Below, in pieces: positions 1 through 11,989 of a stretch of DNA of 64,000 nt (the first letter of the stretch is position 1; every line of letters begins with the position of its first letter). The position numbers and the translations under genes were made by a program. Source of the DNA: an uncultured bacterium (GTDB lineage Bacteria > Fidelibacterota > UBA2242); NCBI GenBank assembly GCA_964605705.1, contig CAZSDW010000001.1:70007-134006 (forward strand), read 5' to 3'. The notes under the pieces were generated by a model. The model was not told where the DNA came from. It did no database searches and worked only from the letters and a program-made list of their open reading frames with translations.

Positions 1-162
1 GGTTCTATTCGCCCAATTGATGATGTACGAGACGAAATTCTTCAGAAATTGACACAATCAAAAATTCAGGATTATTACAACAGTTATGTTGATAGTATCA
101 TTTCTATCACTGACTATGAAATTAAAAATGAAAATATTTTAAACTGGAAAATTACTCCATGA
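1..162 (+). CDS. 3' end of an upstream CDS (C-terminal fragment, unknown function; possibly a chaperone/PPIase-type protein)
   Basis: Open frame from window edge (GSIRPIDDVRDEILQKL...NWKITP*) ending at TGA 160-162, overlapping the next ATG (ccATGAaa) - translational coupling. Confidence 0.4.
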   Translation, partial: GSIRPIDDVRDEILQKLTQSKIQDYYNSYVDSIISITDYEIKNENILNWKITP

Positions 163-1412
163 AAAAATCTTTTTTTATAATTTTTACACTTATCTTATCA
201 ATTATATATGCCCAGGAACTAATTGATGGAATTGCCGCGATTGTAGGTGATAATATAATTCTAAAAAGTGATATTGATCAATTTGCTCGAATGAGTGCCT
301 CACAAATGGGAATTGATCCGACACGGGATATTAAAGCTTATAACCAAATCGTTGGTCAATCACTCCAAGCTCTGATTGATGAGAATATTTTACTTGAGCA
401 GGCAAAAATAGAAACAATTGAAGTTAAAGACCGTGAAGTTGAATCCATGCTAAATCAGCAAATAGAAAATATGATTTACCAAGCTGGTTCAAAAGAAAAT
501 GCTGAAAAAATATTGGGTAATCCAATTAATCAAGTAAAACGTGACTATAGACCAATTATCAAAAATCGACTAATTGTTGAAAAATTAAAGAGTGAAAAGT
601 TTTCTCAAATAAATATTACAAGACGTGAAATTGAAGATTTTTATAAAACATATAAAGACAGTATTCCAGAAATACCTCTAACTGTAGATTTTAGTCAGAT
701 TTTATTTCAGATTAAACCAGGGGTTTATGAGGAAAATAAGGCAAAACATCTCGCAGATTCATTATTAATACTTTTAAAAAATGGGGAGGATTTTGGAAAT
801 CTCGCAAAGAATTTTTCTGATGATCCTGCCAGTGCAGCTTACAGTGGAGATCTTGGTTATATTGCGAGGGGCGGATTTATCAAAGAATTCGAAGAAGTTG
901 CTTTTGCTCTGTCAACCAACGAAATAAGTGACGTCGTAAAAACAAAATTTGGATATCATATTATTCAATTACTGGATAAAAAGGGAGAAAATATCAATGT
1001 TCGCCACATTTTAATAAAACCTGAAATATCCAACAATAATATTACCGCCATTAAAAGTAAATCAGACTCTGTTAGAAACTTGTTAATAACCAACAAACTT
1101 CCATTTGATTCTGCTGCAGTGTTATTCAGTGACGATCCCGACGTAAAATCAAATAGGGGAAAAATTCAACGTATTTCGTTAACCCAAATTCAACAACCAG
1201 AATTTGTTGCTATTTTAGACACAATCTCCATTGGAAAAATAAGTCCCTTATTTAAAACAGATTTAGGATATCATATTCTTAAATTGGATAATAAATATGA
1301 CGATTCATGGACAATAATTAAGCAGTGGGCACTGGAATATAAAAAATCAAATCTTTATAAAAAATGGGTTAACGACTTACGCTTAAAATTTAACATTGAG
1401 ATTAAAAATTAA
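159..1412 (+). CDS. SurA-like periplasmic peptidyl-prolyl cis-trans isomerase (SurA_N + two parvulin/PpiC domains), N-terminal signal peptide
   Basis: Signal peptide MKKSFFIIFTLILSIIYAQ. Two parvulin-like segments (…FSDDPASAAYSGDLGYIARGGFIKEFEEVAF…GYHIIQL and …FSDDPDVKSNRGKI…GYHILKL). Length 417 aa. Confidence 0.75.
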   Translation: MKKSFFIIFTLILSIIYAQELIDGIAAIVGDNIILKSDIDQFARMSASQMGIDPTRDIKAYNQIVGQSLQALIDENILLEQAKIETIEVKDREVESMLNQQIENMIYQAGSKENAEKILGNPINQVKRDYRPIIKNRLIVEKLKSEKFSQINITRREIEDFYKTYKDSIPEIPLTVDFSQILFQIKPGVYEENKAKHLADSLLILLKNGEDFGNLAKNFSDDPASAAYSGDLGYIARGGFIKEFEEVAFALSTNEISDVVKTKFGYHIIQLLDKKGENINVRHILIKPEISNNNITAIKSKSDSVRNLLITNKLPFDSAAVLFSDDPDVKSNRGKIQRISLTQIQQPEFVAILDTISIGKISPLFKTDLGYHILKLDNKYDDSWTIIKQWALEYKKSNLYKKWVNDLRLKFNIEIKN

Positions 1413-1426
1413 TCATTAATTCGTTA

Positions 1427-1568
1427 TTGATTTGTTAATAATCCTATAACTTTTTCAAAATATTTTTTCACATTCAAATTATCATTTTTTATTAACAAAT
1501 TCCAAACAGATATTTTATAATAAAAATTTATTTTTCAAGAAGATAAATAATCGTTATTAACAAATCAA
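1427..1568. promoter_or_regulatory. Three copies of a 12-15 bp box TTATTAACAAAT(CAA) in a ~300 bp, ~80% AT intergenic region upstream of dnaN (copies at 1489-1500 +, 1554-1568 +, 1427-1441 inverted)
   Basis: Direct reading: ttgatttgttaataa (1427-1441) is the exact reverse complement of ttattaacaaatcaa (1554-1568). A third copy ttattaacaaat sits at 1489-1500. Both outer copies are preceded by tcgttatt. Confidence 0.45.
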
Positions 1569-1644
1569 CATTTGTATAATTCTAAAAATATCTATTTATC
1601 TTTATGATACTATATTTTATGTATTTTATTGATATTTAAATATC

Positions 1645-1673
1645 TTGTAAATATTGCGATATTTTGGTAAAAT
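1645..1673 (+). promoter_or_regulatory. Candidate sigma70-type promoter for dnaN (TTGTAA-N17-TAAAAT)
   Basis: TTGTAA at 1645-1650, 17-nt spacer, TAAAAT at 1668-1673. AAGGAG RBS follows before the ATG at 1710. Confidence 0.3.
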
Positions 1674-1709
1674 TACCTGTTGTGATAGCAAAATAAAAGG
1701 AGTATAAAA

Positions 1710-2825
1710 ATGCAATTTAGTATCGATAAAAACATTCTCCTTTCACATATTCAAAAAGTTTCAAAAGTATCTCCAACACGTTCTACAATGCCAATTTTAA
1801 ACAGCATTCTTTTTGAAGTTAGTGATGAAAAATTAACTCTTCGTTCTTCGGATATTGAAATAACAATGAATACAACACTGGATATCCAAAATTCAGAGGA
1901 CGGTTCAGTTGCATTACCTACCAGAATTATATATGATATTATCAACGAAGCAGAAGATGGTGAAATTAATTTTTCATCCGGTGAAGAAGGAAATACAATC
2001 CTGAAATCAGGACAGGGTATTTTTGAAATTATGGGTCGTCCCGGTGAGGAATTTCCATCATTACCACAAATTTCAAACTTTAATAATGTCGAAATTGATA
2101 ATTCAATTTTAAAAAGAATGATTCAGAAAACACTGATTGCAGTCAGTCGCGATGAACTGAAACCGGCGTTAATGGGAGTACTTTTTCAAGTAAAACATAA
2201 TGAAATTCGTACAGTTGCAACTGATGGACATCGTCTTGTATGTCTGGTAAGACATGATTTTGTAAATGAGGATTATGAAGGTGAGGTAATTATTCCGGTG
2301 AAGTTTTTAAATCTTTTACTGGGATATCTTGATAGTGAAGGAAAAACCTTATTATCAATCAGTGAAAATCACGTAAAAGTTGAATTAGATTCGACAGTTA
2401 TTTTTTCAAGAATAATTGATGAACATTTTCCGGATTATCAAAGTGTGATTCCAAAAGATAATAATAAAATTGTTGTTACTAATGTGGATAGTATTCTATC
2501 AACATTGAGACGCGTTGTTATTTTTTCCAATAAAACCACTCACCAAATATCTTTATCTCTAAGCAAGGAATTATCAAAAATAACTACGGTTAATCAGGAA
2601 TCGCGAACATCTGCTGACGAAGAAATTAATATTGATTATGATGGTGATGAGATGGTGGTTGGCTATAATGCTGAATATTTTAAAGAAATATTAAGGAATA
2701 TTGATACGGAAAAAGTATTACTGAAATTTAAGTCTTCGATTAATGCCTGTTTAATTTTACCGGAGCATCAAATAGAGGATGAAGATTTTACAATGCTCCT
2801 AATGCCAATACGATTAAATGAATAA
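1710..2825 (+). CDS. dnaN: DNA polymerase III beta subunit (sliding clamp)
   Basis: 371 aa. N-terminus MQFSIDKNILLSHIQKVSKVSPTRSTMPILNSILFEV is typical of beta clamp. Followed by recF. RBS AAAAGGAG upstream. Confidence 0.9.
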   Translation: MQFSIDKNILLSHIQKVSKVSPTRSTMPILNSILFEVSDEKLTLRSSDIEITMNTTLDIQNSEDGSVALPTRIIYDIINEAEDGEINFSSGEEGNTILKSGQGIFEIMGRPGEEFPSLPQISNFNNVEIDNSILKRMIQKTLIAVSRDELKPALMGVLFQVKHNEIRTVATDGHRLVCLVRHDFVNEDYEGEVIIPVKFLNLLLGYLDSEGKTLLSISENHVKVELDSTVIFSRIIDEHFPDYQSVIPKDNNKIVVTNVDSILSTLRRVVIFSNKTTHQISLSLSKELSKITTVNQESRTSADEEINIDYDGDEMVVGYNAEYFKEILRNIDTEKVLLKFKSSINACLILPEHQIEDEDFTMLLMPIRLNE

Positions 2826-2887
2826 AAATCTTAATTATTATATTTTTGTTATATCTCTGAATTTGTTTCTAAAATTTTGTACTTTTA

Positions 2888-4002
2888 ATGAAACTCACGA
2901 AGCTCACACTGAATCATTTCAGAAACTATAATCACTGCGTTTTTGAATTCAATGACAATCTGAATATTATTATAGGAAATAATGGTACAGGTAAAACGAC
3001 ATTACTTGAAGCCATTCATTTTCTATCGCTTACAAAAAGTTTTCGTACGCATAATGACACCGATGCGATAAGTTTTAATAACGATTATTTTCAAATATTT
3101 GGAACCTTTAGGGATAATAATAAGAAAGAGAATTTAGTTAATCTCAATTATTCAAAAGGTGCAGAAAAAAAACTGTTTTTAAACAATTCCGAACTTAAGA
3201 AAAAAACGGATATTATTGGTAAGATACCTGTCATTATTTTATCACCCGGAATTCAGAAAATCACCGATGGAGGTCCATCTATCAGAAGGAATTTTATTGA
3301 TAGAATATTATCACAGGTCGATCGTGATTATCTTTGTTCGCTTATTGAGTACAGAAAAATGTTAAGCCAAAGAAATATTTTATTAGTGGATTTTAAAAAA
3401 AGAAATGTCAGAAAATATGATAAGTATATGGAAACAATTGATGATATTTTAATTAATCATGCTTTTTATATTCAAACAAATAGACAGATTTTTTTTGAAT
3501 TATATAATCCAATTTTTAAAAAGAGTTTTGACACTCTTGCATATATTAAAAAGCCAGTCGATCTGAAAATAAATCCAAATATTTCTGCTGATAAAGAAGA
3601 TTTTAAACAGCAATTTAAAGATAAACTTGTTGATCGCTTTGAGAGAGATATTATTTTAGGTAGAACAAGCGCCGGTCCTCATTTGGACCAAATTTCCTTT
3701 CTGTTCGGAGATAGAGACATTCGCTTTGTTGGATCTCAGGGAGAACAAAAAATATATTTAGTTGCTTTAAAACTCGCTGAAAGTATTTTTATTGAAAACA
3801 GAACAAAAGATAAAATCATCTTTTTACTCGATGATCTTTTTGCTTTTCTTGATGTCAAACACTGTATGAATATTATTAAAAAGATCGGAAAAAGGAACCA
3901 GACCTTTATTACCGCTACCGATATAATGATATTTAAAAAAAATAAATTTAATTTTGAAAATTACAATTCAACGATTTTCGACTTACCTAAAGGAATGTCC
4001 TA

Positions 4003-4003
<1 letters not shown>
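2888..4003 (+). CDS. recF: DNA replication/repair protein RecF
   Basis: MKLTKLTLNHFRNY…GNNGTGKTTLLEAI (Walker A). 371 aa. Sits in the dnaN-recF-gyrB context. Confidence 0.9.
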
Positions 4004-6206
<2,203 letters not shown>

Positions 6207-6209
6207 AAA

Positions 6210-8720
6210 ATGAGCAAACAGGTAAATATAGAATTTCAACGCAATAAAATTATCGCAGTAAATATTGATGAAGAAATGCGGGACGCTTATCTGGACTATT
6301 CAATGTCAGTGATTGTCGCGCGCGCGCTTCCGGATGTCCGGGACGGACTGAAACCGGTTCATCGTCGGATTCTTTTCGGGATGTCGGAGCTGGGTTTGTC
6401 ATTCAACCGACCGACAAAAAAATGTGCCCGAATTGTTGGTGAAGTCATGGGCAAATATCACCCCCATGGCGATTCTGCCGTATATGATTCGCTTGTCAGA
6501 ATGGCACAGGAATTCTCATTGCGCTACCCTCTTGTCGAAGGTCAGGGAAATTTTGGCTCTATTGATGGTGATAATGCTGCGGCGATGCGTTATACTGAAG
6601 CCCGAATGTCAAAAATATCAAGCGAACTGTTAAAAGATATTGAAAAAGACACCGTCCGTTTCACCCCAAATTTTGATGATTCGCTTAAAGAACCGACAAT
6701 TCTTCCAACAGGAATTCCATTAATTCTCGTTAATGGATCGAGCGGTATCGCTGTCGGTATGGCAACCAACATCCCGCCCCACAACCTGACTGAAGTGACA
6801 AATGCCATTATTCATCTGGTTGATAATCCCGATGCAAGTGTTCAGGATCTGATGCAATTCGTGACCGGACCCGATTTTCCGACAGGTGCATATATTTTAG
6901 GTCGCCAGGGCATAAAGAGCGCCTATGAAACCGGCAGGGGAATCATAAAAATCCGTGCGCTTGCTTTTATTGAAACGAATAAAAGTGGTAAAGACAGTAT
7001 TATTGTTACAGAAGTGCCCTACCAGGTCAATAAAGCCAACCTTATTGAAAAAATTGCGAACCTAGTTCGTGATAAAGTCGTTGAGGGAATCTCAGACATC
7101 CGCGACGAGTCCGATAAAGAAGGAATCCGAATTGTCATTGAAATAAAACGAGATGCAATTCCCGAAGTGGTCCTGAATCAATTATACAGTCATACCCAGC
7201 TTCAGGACAGTTTTGGCATTAATATGCTTGCGCTGGTGGACGGAATCCCGTGCCAGCTATCGCTGAAAGAAATTCTCAGTCACTATATTGAATTCAGACA
7301 TGAAATAATTGTCAAGAGAAACCAATATGATCTGAATGCGGCCGAAGAGAAAGCCCATATTCTGGAGGGCTTGAAAATTGCCCTCGATAATATTGATGAA
7401 GTTATTGCAATTATAAAAGCATCACCGTCGCCCGCTGATGCAAAAATAAACCTGATGGAAAGATTCGGTTTTTCCGATCGGCAAACCCAGGCAATTCTCG
7501 ATATGCGGCTCCAGAAACTCACCGGACTTGAAGTTGAAAAGATAGTAGAAGAGTATAAAGAGACCCTGAAATTAATTTCAAGACTGAAAGAAATTCTTGA
7601 AAGCAAACCGTTGCGATTGGAAATTCTGAAAAGTGAAATTTCCGAAGTTCGTGAAAAATATGGCGATGCGCGACGCACTGAAATCATTGAAGACGACGGT
7701 GAGTTTTCAATTGAAGATATGATCGCCGAAGAGGACATGGTTATTACCATTACCCACAATGGATATATCAAGCGGTTTCCGGTGGACATATCCCGTCGTC
7801 AAAACCGTGGTGGACGCGGCTCAACGGGCGCCCAGACAAAGGACGAAGATTTTGTGCGAAACCTGTTTATTGCAAGCACCCATAATTATATGATGTTTTT
7901 CACCAATCGCGGGAAGTGCTATTGGCTGAAGGTTCACGAAATTCCACGGGGTAGCAAAGCCTCACGCGGTCGGGCAATTGTCAATCTGATCCAGACAGAG
8001 AAGGACGAGTCCGTCCGCGCAGTCCTGAGTGTAAAAGAATTTGACGATGATCATTATGTTGTGATGGTTACCAAGCAGGGGACCATAAAAAAGACAACTC
8101 TTTCAGCTTTCGGAAATCCCCGAAAAACCGGAATACGCGCCATTAATGTCGGTGAAGATGACGACTTGATCGATGTGCGATTGACCGATGGAAACCAGGA
8201 TGTTATTTTGGGAACCTCCTATGGAAAATCCATTCGTTTTAAAGAATCCGATGTCAGACCGATGGGCAGAACCGCCGCCGGCGTGAAAGGAATTAAATTA
8301 CCGGGCAAAGATAATTTTGTTGTCGGAATGGTGATTGTAAAACGTGAAGGTGGTACCTTACTGGCAGTTTCAGAAAACGGTTACGGAAAACGGACCGATA
8401 TTTTCGATTATCCGATTATAAAACGTGGTGGCGTTGGTGTAATTACGTTGAAAACAACTGCGAGAAACGGATTAATGGTCGCCTTACGGGAAGTCGTGGA
8501 CACAGATGACCTGATGATCATTACGGAAAAAGGTGTATTGATACGTCTGCCGGTAACGACAATAAGAACGATAAGCCGTAATACTCAGGGCGTGAGATTG
8601 ATCAAGCTTGATGAGGGCGACTCTATATCAGCAGTTACCAGGGTGCTGGAATCGACTGAGGACAAAAATAACGACATAGATCAGGCAGACCTTCTTTCCC
8701 CGGAAACAGAAGGTGAATAG
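6210..8720 (+). CDS. gyrA: DNA gyrase subunit A
   Basis: 836 aa. [10 protein letters not shown] active-site Tyr motif, GyrA-box-like QRRGGRG, C-terminal beta-pinwheel repeats. Confidence 0.9.
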   Translation: MSKQVNIEFQRNKIIAVNIDEEMRDAYLDYSMSVIVARALPDVRDGLKPVHRRILFGMSELGLSFNRPTKKCARIVGEVMGKYHPHGDSAVYDSLVRMAQEFSLRYPLVEGQGNFGSIDGDNAAAMRYTEARMSKISSELLKDIEKDTVRFTPNFDDSLKEPTILPTGIPLILVNGSSGIAVGMATNIPPHNLTEVTNAIIHLVDNPDASVQDLMQFVTGPDFPTGAYILGRQGIKSAYETGRGIIKIRALAFIETNKSGKDSIIVTEVPYQVNKANLIEKIANLVRDKVVEGISDIRDESDKEGIRIVIEIKRDAIPEVVLNQLYSHTQLQDSFGINMLALVDGIPCQLSLKEILSHYIEFRHEIIVKRNQYDLNAAEEKAHILEGLKIALDNIDEVIAIIKASPSPADAKINLMERFGFSDRQTQAILDMRLQKLTGLEVEKIVEEYKETLKLISRLKEILESKPLRLEILKSEISEVREKYGDARRTEIIEDDGEFSIEDMIAEEDMVITITHNGYIKRFPVDISRRQNRGGRGSTGAQTKDEDFVRNLFIASTHNYMMFFTNRGKCYWLKVHEIPRGSKASRGRAIVNLIQTEKDESVRAVLSVKEFDDDHYVVMVTKQGTIKKTTLSAFGNPRKTGIRAINVGEDDDLIDVRLTDGNQDVILGTSYGKSIRFKESDVRPMGRTAAGVKGIKLPGKDNFVVGMVIVKREGGTLLAVSENGYGKRTDIFDYPIIKRGGVGVITLKTTARNGLMVALREVVDTDDLMIITEKGVLIRLPVTTIRTISRNTQGVRLIKLDEGDSISAVTRVLESTEDKNNDIDQADLLSPETEGE

Positions 8721-8745
8721 ATAGCTGCCAGATCCGATTATTATA

Positions 8746-9459
8746 ATGTCGGTAAACAGAATAAAAAGAATCTCACAAAATCTTTTAAGGGTCAGTCAAA
8801 ATATCCGTGATGCGGCTCTACGTTCAAATCGCGATCCCGACGAAATAACCCTGGTTGTCGTTACAAAAACCTGGTCATCTGAAATAATTCGTGTTGCCGC
8901 CGATCTTGGTCTCAGTCATTTTGGTGAAAATAGAATTCAGGAAGCTGCCCCTAAAATTGAGCAGATCAGGCAGGATTATGACAATTTAAGCTGGCATATG
9001 ATAGGACACCTGCAGTCCAATAAAGCGCGATCTGCGGTCGAATATTTTGATTTTGTCCAATCCATTGATTCGTTAAAAATTGCCCAGAAAATATCTAATC
9101 ATGCTACCGAATTGCAAAAGAACATTGACGTTTTATTAGAAATAAATATATCTGGTGAAAGCACAAAATTTGGAATCGATCCCGAGGACGTTTTCAAATT
9201 GGCGAAAGAGGTAAAAGGTTTACCATACTTAGATTTAAAGGGGCTGATGACAATCGGTCCAATGACTGATGATATCCGAGAGGTCAGAAAATCGTTTCGC
9301 CGGATGAAAAAAATTTTTGATATACTGAGACAGCAGCATTCCGAGCAAGAAATCAACGTATTATCGATGGGAATGAGCGACGATTACGAAATCGCTATTG
9401 AAGAAGGTTCGACAATGGTACGCTTGGGGCGAGCGATTTTTGGCTCCCGAGAACATTAA
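8746..9459 (+). CDS. yggS: YggS-family pyridoxal-phosphate homeostasis protein (PLPHP)
   Basis: 237 aa. LVVVTKTWSSEII…GENRIQEA…HMIGHLQSNKA is the classic YggS/YBL036c signature. Confidence 0.8.
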   Translation: MSVNRIKRISQNLLRVSQNIRDAALRSNRDPDEITLVVVTKTWSSEIIRVAADLGLSHFGENRIQEAAPKIEQIRQDYDNLSWHMIGHLQSNKARSAVEYFDFVQSIDSLKIAQKISNHATELQKNIDVLLEINISGESTKFGIDPEDVFKLAKEVKGLPYLDLKGLMTIGPMTDDIREVRKSFRRMKKIFDILRQQHSEQEINVLSMGMSDDYEIAIEEGSTMVRLGRAIFGSREH

Positions 9460-9473
9460 ATTGGGCGGTGAAA

Positions 9474-9902
9474 ATGATCCACAAAAAAGATATTTTAGAC
9501 CGAAAATTTAACAAGGCTTTCCGCGGTTATGATCCGGTTGAGGTGAACTACTTTTTAGAAATGGTTGCCGAGGAATTTGAAAAACTGGAGCATAGAATTC
9601 TCGAACTGGAACCAATCGAAAAACAATTTTCAGAAACGAATTTGAAAACCCCAAACGATATTATTGCGGATGCAGAAAGAACGGCAAAGAAGTTAATTGC
9701 CGATGCCGAAAAAATTTCATCAGATGTTCTGGATATGGCAAAGAGACAGAAAGAATCTGAGAAAGAAGAAATAATTCGTCTGACAAATAAAAAAAGCAAA
9801 TTGATTAAAACACTAAAAGATACCATATCTCAGCAGAGACAACTGATTAATTTTCTGGGCAATATTGAGGATACCCAGGAGGATTCTGATACGATAGAAT
9901 AA
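9474..9902 (+). CDS. divIVA: DivIVA-domain cell-division protein
   Basis: KAFRGYDPVEVNYFLEMVAEEFEKLE N-terminal DivIVA motif plus a coiled coil. The ORF track starts at GTG 9468; the ATG at 9474 has a better RBS. Confidence 0.7.
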   Translation: MIHKKDILDRKFNKAFRGYDPVEVNYFLEMVAEEFEKLEHRILELEPIEKQFSETNLKTPNDIIADAERTAKKLIADAEKISSDVLDMAKRQKESEKEEIIRLTNKKSKLIKTLKDTISQQRQLINFLGNIEDTQEDSDTIE

Positions 9903-9910
9903 ACGACGCC

Positions 9911-10591
9911 ATGCCCGTAATGACCTATCAATCAATATTGAAGGATTTTAAAAATCTCGGTTTTCCAGCCCCATCGATGGCAGTCATAACGACAATTTCA
10001 TTGACAAAGGAAAAAGAGAAACGATATTCATGTCGGCAATTCGATTATTATGATTTTCAGGGCAGGGATAACCGGATTGGCGCCTGGATTCTGGCTGATC
10101 ATTCTCCGGAAGTTATCAGGGAAATCACTCGCGCCGCGGCTCTATTGGGTGTAAAAAACATGATTTTTATCGGAGCAGGTAATTTTCCAGAAAACGAAAG
10201 TGATGCTACGATTCATCTGATCACAGACCATATTAATGTTTCCGGGAACAATCCGTTGATTGGTCCCAATGATGATAGCTGTGGCACTCGCTTTCCCGAT
10301 ATGACCGGTCTCTATGATGTTGAACTTGGCAAGAAAATCGAAAAGCTTCTGGTAAATGCCGGTTTAAATTATAGAAAATCTGTATGCCTTATTCCAAAGA
10401 AAAGTTCAAAGCTAAGTGTTTTGGAGAAAAAGATAATAGATACGCAGAAAGCGACAGTTATTTCTACGGAAATGGGTGCAGGATCGATAACCGCAAAACA
10501 CCTGTCGGTTAAGTCCACTGGGCTTATATTAAGCGGGCTCACAAAAGAACAGAAAAAGATGTTTTTTGATGAGATTCTTTTGAAAATATAG
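9911..10591 (+). CDS. Purine nucleoside phosphorylase family-I-like protein (divergent)
   Basis: DHINVSGNNPLIGPNDDSCGTRFPDMTGLYD matches the PNP-I core. The phosphate-binding GRxHxYEG region is degenerate (FQGRDNRIGAW). Confidence 0.5.
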   Translation: MPVMTYQSILKDFKNLGFPAPSMAVITTISLTKEKEKRYSCRQFDYYDFQGRDNRIGAWILADHSPEVIREITRAAALLGVKNMIFIGAGNFPENESDATIHLITDHINVSGNNPLIGPNDDSCGTRFPDMTGLYDVELGKKIEKLLVNAGLNYRKSVCLIPKKSSKLSVLEKKIIDTQKATVISTEMGAGSITAKHLSVKSTGLILSGLTKEQKKMFFDEILLKI

Positions 10592-10602
10592 TTTGTAAAG
10601 GT

Positions 10603-11352
10603 TTACAACTTTTTCTGGCGGCATAGCGAATAATAGGTATCATTTTCCGCATCGTACCACCGCGAGACAATTATAGCGCCCTCTATATTTTCGTCATAGG
10701 ACTGTTGCAATATTTTGGATTCAATAATGTATTTATTATCCCGCTCTATGGCGTGAATCGAATGAGCGTCGATCTTTATATTCTTTCCAAGATCAAACCG
10801 GGCATATTCATCAGCGTCATTCCACGCCCGAACCCAGGATGAATAATTGGATACGATTCCAACACCGTAATTAAAATTTTTGGATTTGGGTAGAGAAGTA
10901 GTCCATTTGGGTTTATTCTCATCCCAACCAGTATCGTCACTTGGGACGCGCGGGGCGCGCTGCAAGGAATTCAAAGAGATAAGAATGAAATACCCATCAT
11001 AAGTAATAGAGGAGTCTATCGTAGCGTATGTTGCCTCTATTCTGTTCAAGATTGACTCGTCATAAGAAAGCTCCAAGGACGGGTCCAGTAACCGCAGGCG
11101 ACCATCGGAATATTCCTCAATTTCGAAAACAAGCCGGGTGCGTTGTTGCTTAACCATGTTGTGCAGCGCTTTCTTTATCGCCGCCTGCCGAGCAATGGAC
11201 TGGTTGATATATTTTCCGGAATAGCCAACCGCGTACATGTTTCCGGCAGGCGCATCCGGTAAGTTTTCGAACCAGCCCGGAATAATAGTCTGAGCGTCTA
11301 AGCTGCCCCATGAAAAGGCAAGAAAGACCAATATTTTTAACCCAATTTTCAT
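10603..11352 (-). CDS. Secreted protein with two LPP20-like repeats (PxW…YGVG…A..A motif twice), signal peptide
   Basis: MKIGLKILVFLAFSWGSLDAQ signal. IIPGWFENLP…MYAVGYSG…ARQAAIKKAL and KPKWTTSL…NYGVGIVSNYSSWVRAW. Confidence 0.5.
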   Translation of the reverse strand: MKIGLKILVFLAFSWGSLDAQTIIPGWFENLPDAPAGNMYAVGYSGKYINQSIARQAAIKKALHNMVKQQRTRLVFEIEEYSDGRLRLLDPSLELSYDESILNRIEATYATIDSSITYDGYFILISLNSLQRAPRVPSDDTGWDENKPKWTTSLPKSKNFNYGVGIVSNYSSWVRAWNDADEYARFDLGKNIKIDAHSIHAIERDNKYIIESKILQQSYDENIEGAIIVSRWYDAENDTYYSLCRQKKL

Positions 11353-11403
11353 AAAGGAAAATAAAGCCCGCTACCCTATTAAAGAATGGCGGGCTTTTTG
11401 GTT

Positions 11404-11955
11404 TTAGTTACCGACAGCTTCGAGCTTTTGAATTTCGCCTTCTAAATCATCGAAACTGAGGTTGGCTTTTGCCTCGTTGTAGAGCGCCTTCTGCTTTTTG
11501 GCTTCATTGACGGTTTCCTGAATCAAACTATTCAGATTGTACTCTGCCAGTGAATAAGCATGATATTGGGAACCTTCGGTTTTCATTTCGCGCTTTACAA
11601 TTTGAACACCACGCAGAACCGTGTTTGCCACCTGTTTACTTACCGATGAGGTAAATTCCAGCGCTTCGGCGTCATCACCCATGCCGCTCTGCTGCATGAA
11701 GTTCTTCAGCATGTTTGATACTTTAACTTCCAGTGTTCGGGCAATCGCGTCGCGGGCGCGGGCGTCGGCAGATTCTTTTGCCAGGCTCATGCTCTGTTTG
11801 GCGGCGTCACCAGCTTCATAAAAGGCATCCTCTGCTTTCGGTGGATTCAGATACCATTCGGGAATGTCATTCATTTTCGCCTTTGGTTTTCCGCCACAGT
11901 TGACAAGCATTAGTGCCAGTGGAATCATTAATGCGATAATAATCAGTTTTTTCAT
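11404..11955 (-). CDS. LPP20-family lipoprotein
   Basis: Lipobox LMLVNCGG. IPEWYLNPP…FYEAGDA…ARARDAIARTLEVKV resembles the Helicobacter Lpp20 / FlgP-type domain. 183 aa. Confidence 0.6.
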   Translation of the reverse strand: MKKLIIIALMIPLALMLVNCGGKPKAKMNDIPEWYLNPPKAEDAFYEAGDAAKQSMSLAKESADARARDAIARTLEVKVSNMLKNFMQQSGMGDDAEALEFTSSVSKQVANTVLRGVQIVKREMKTEGSQYHAYSLAEYNLNSLIQETVNEAKKQKALYNEAKANLSFDDLEGEIQKLEAVGN

Positions 11956-11989
11956 GGTTGTCTCCTTTCGCGTTTAATTTAATTGGATT

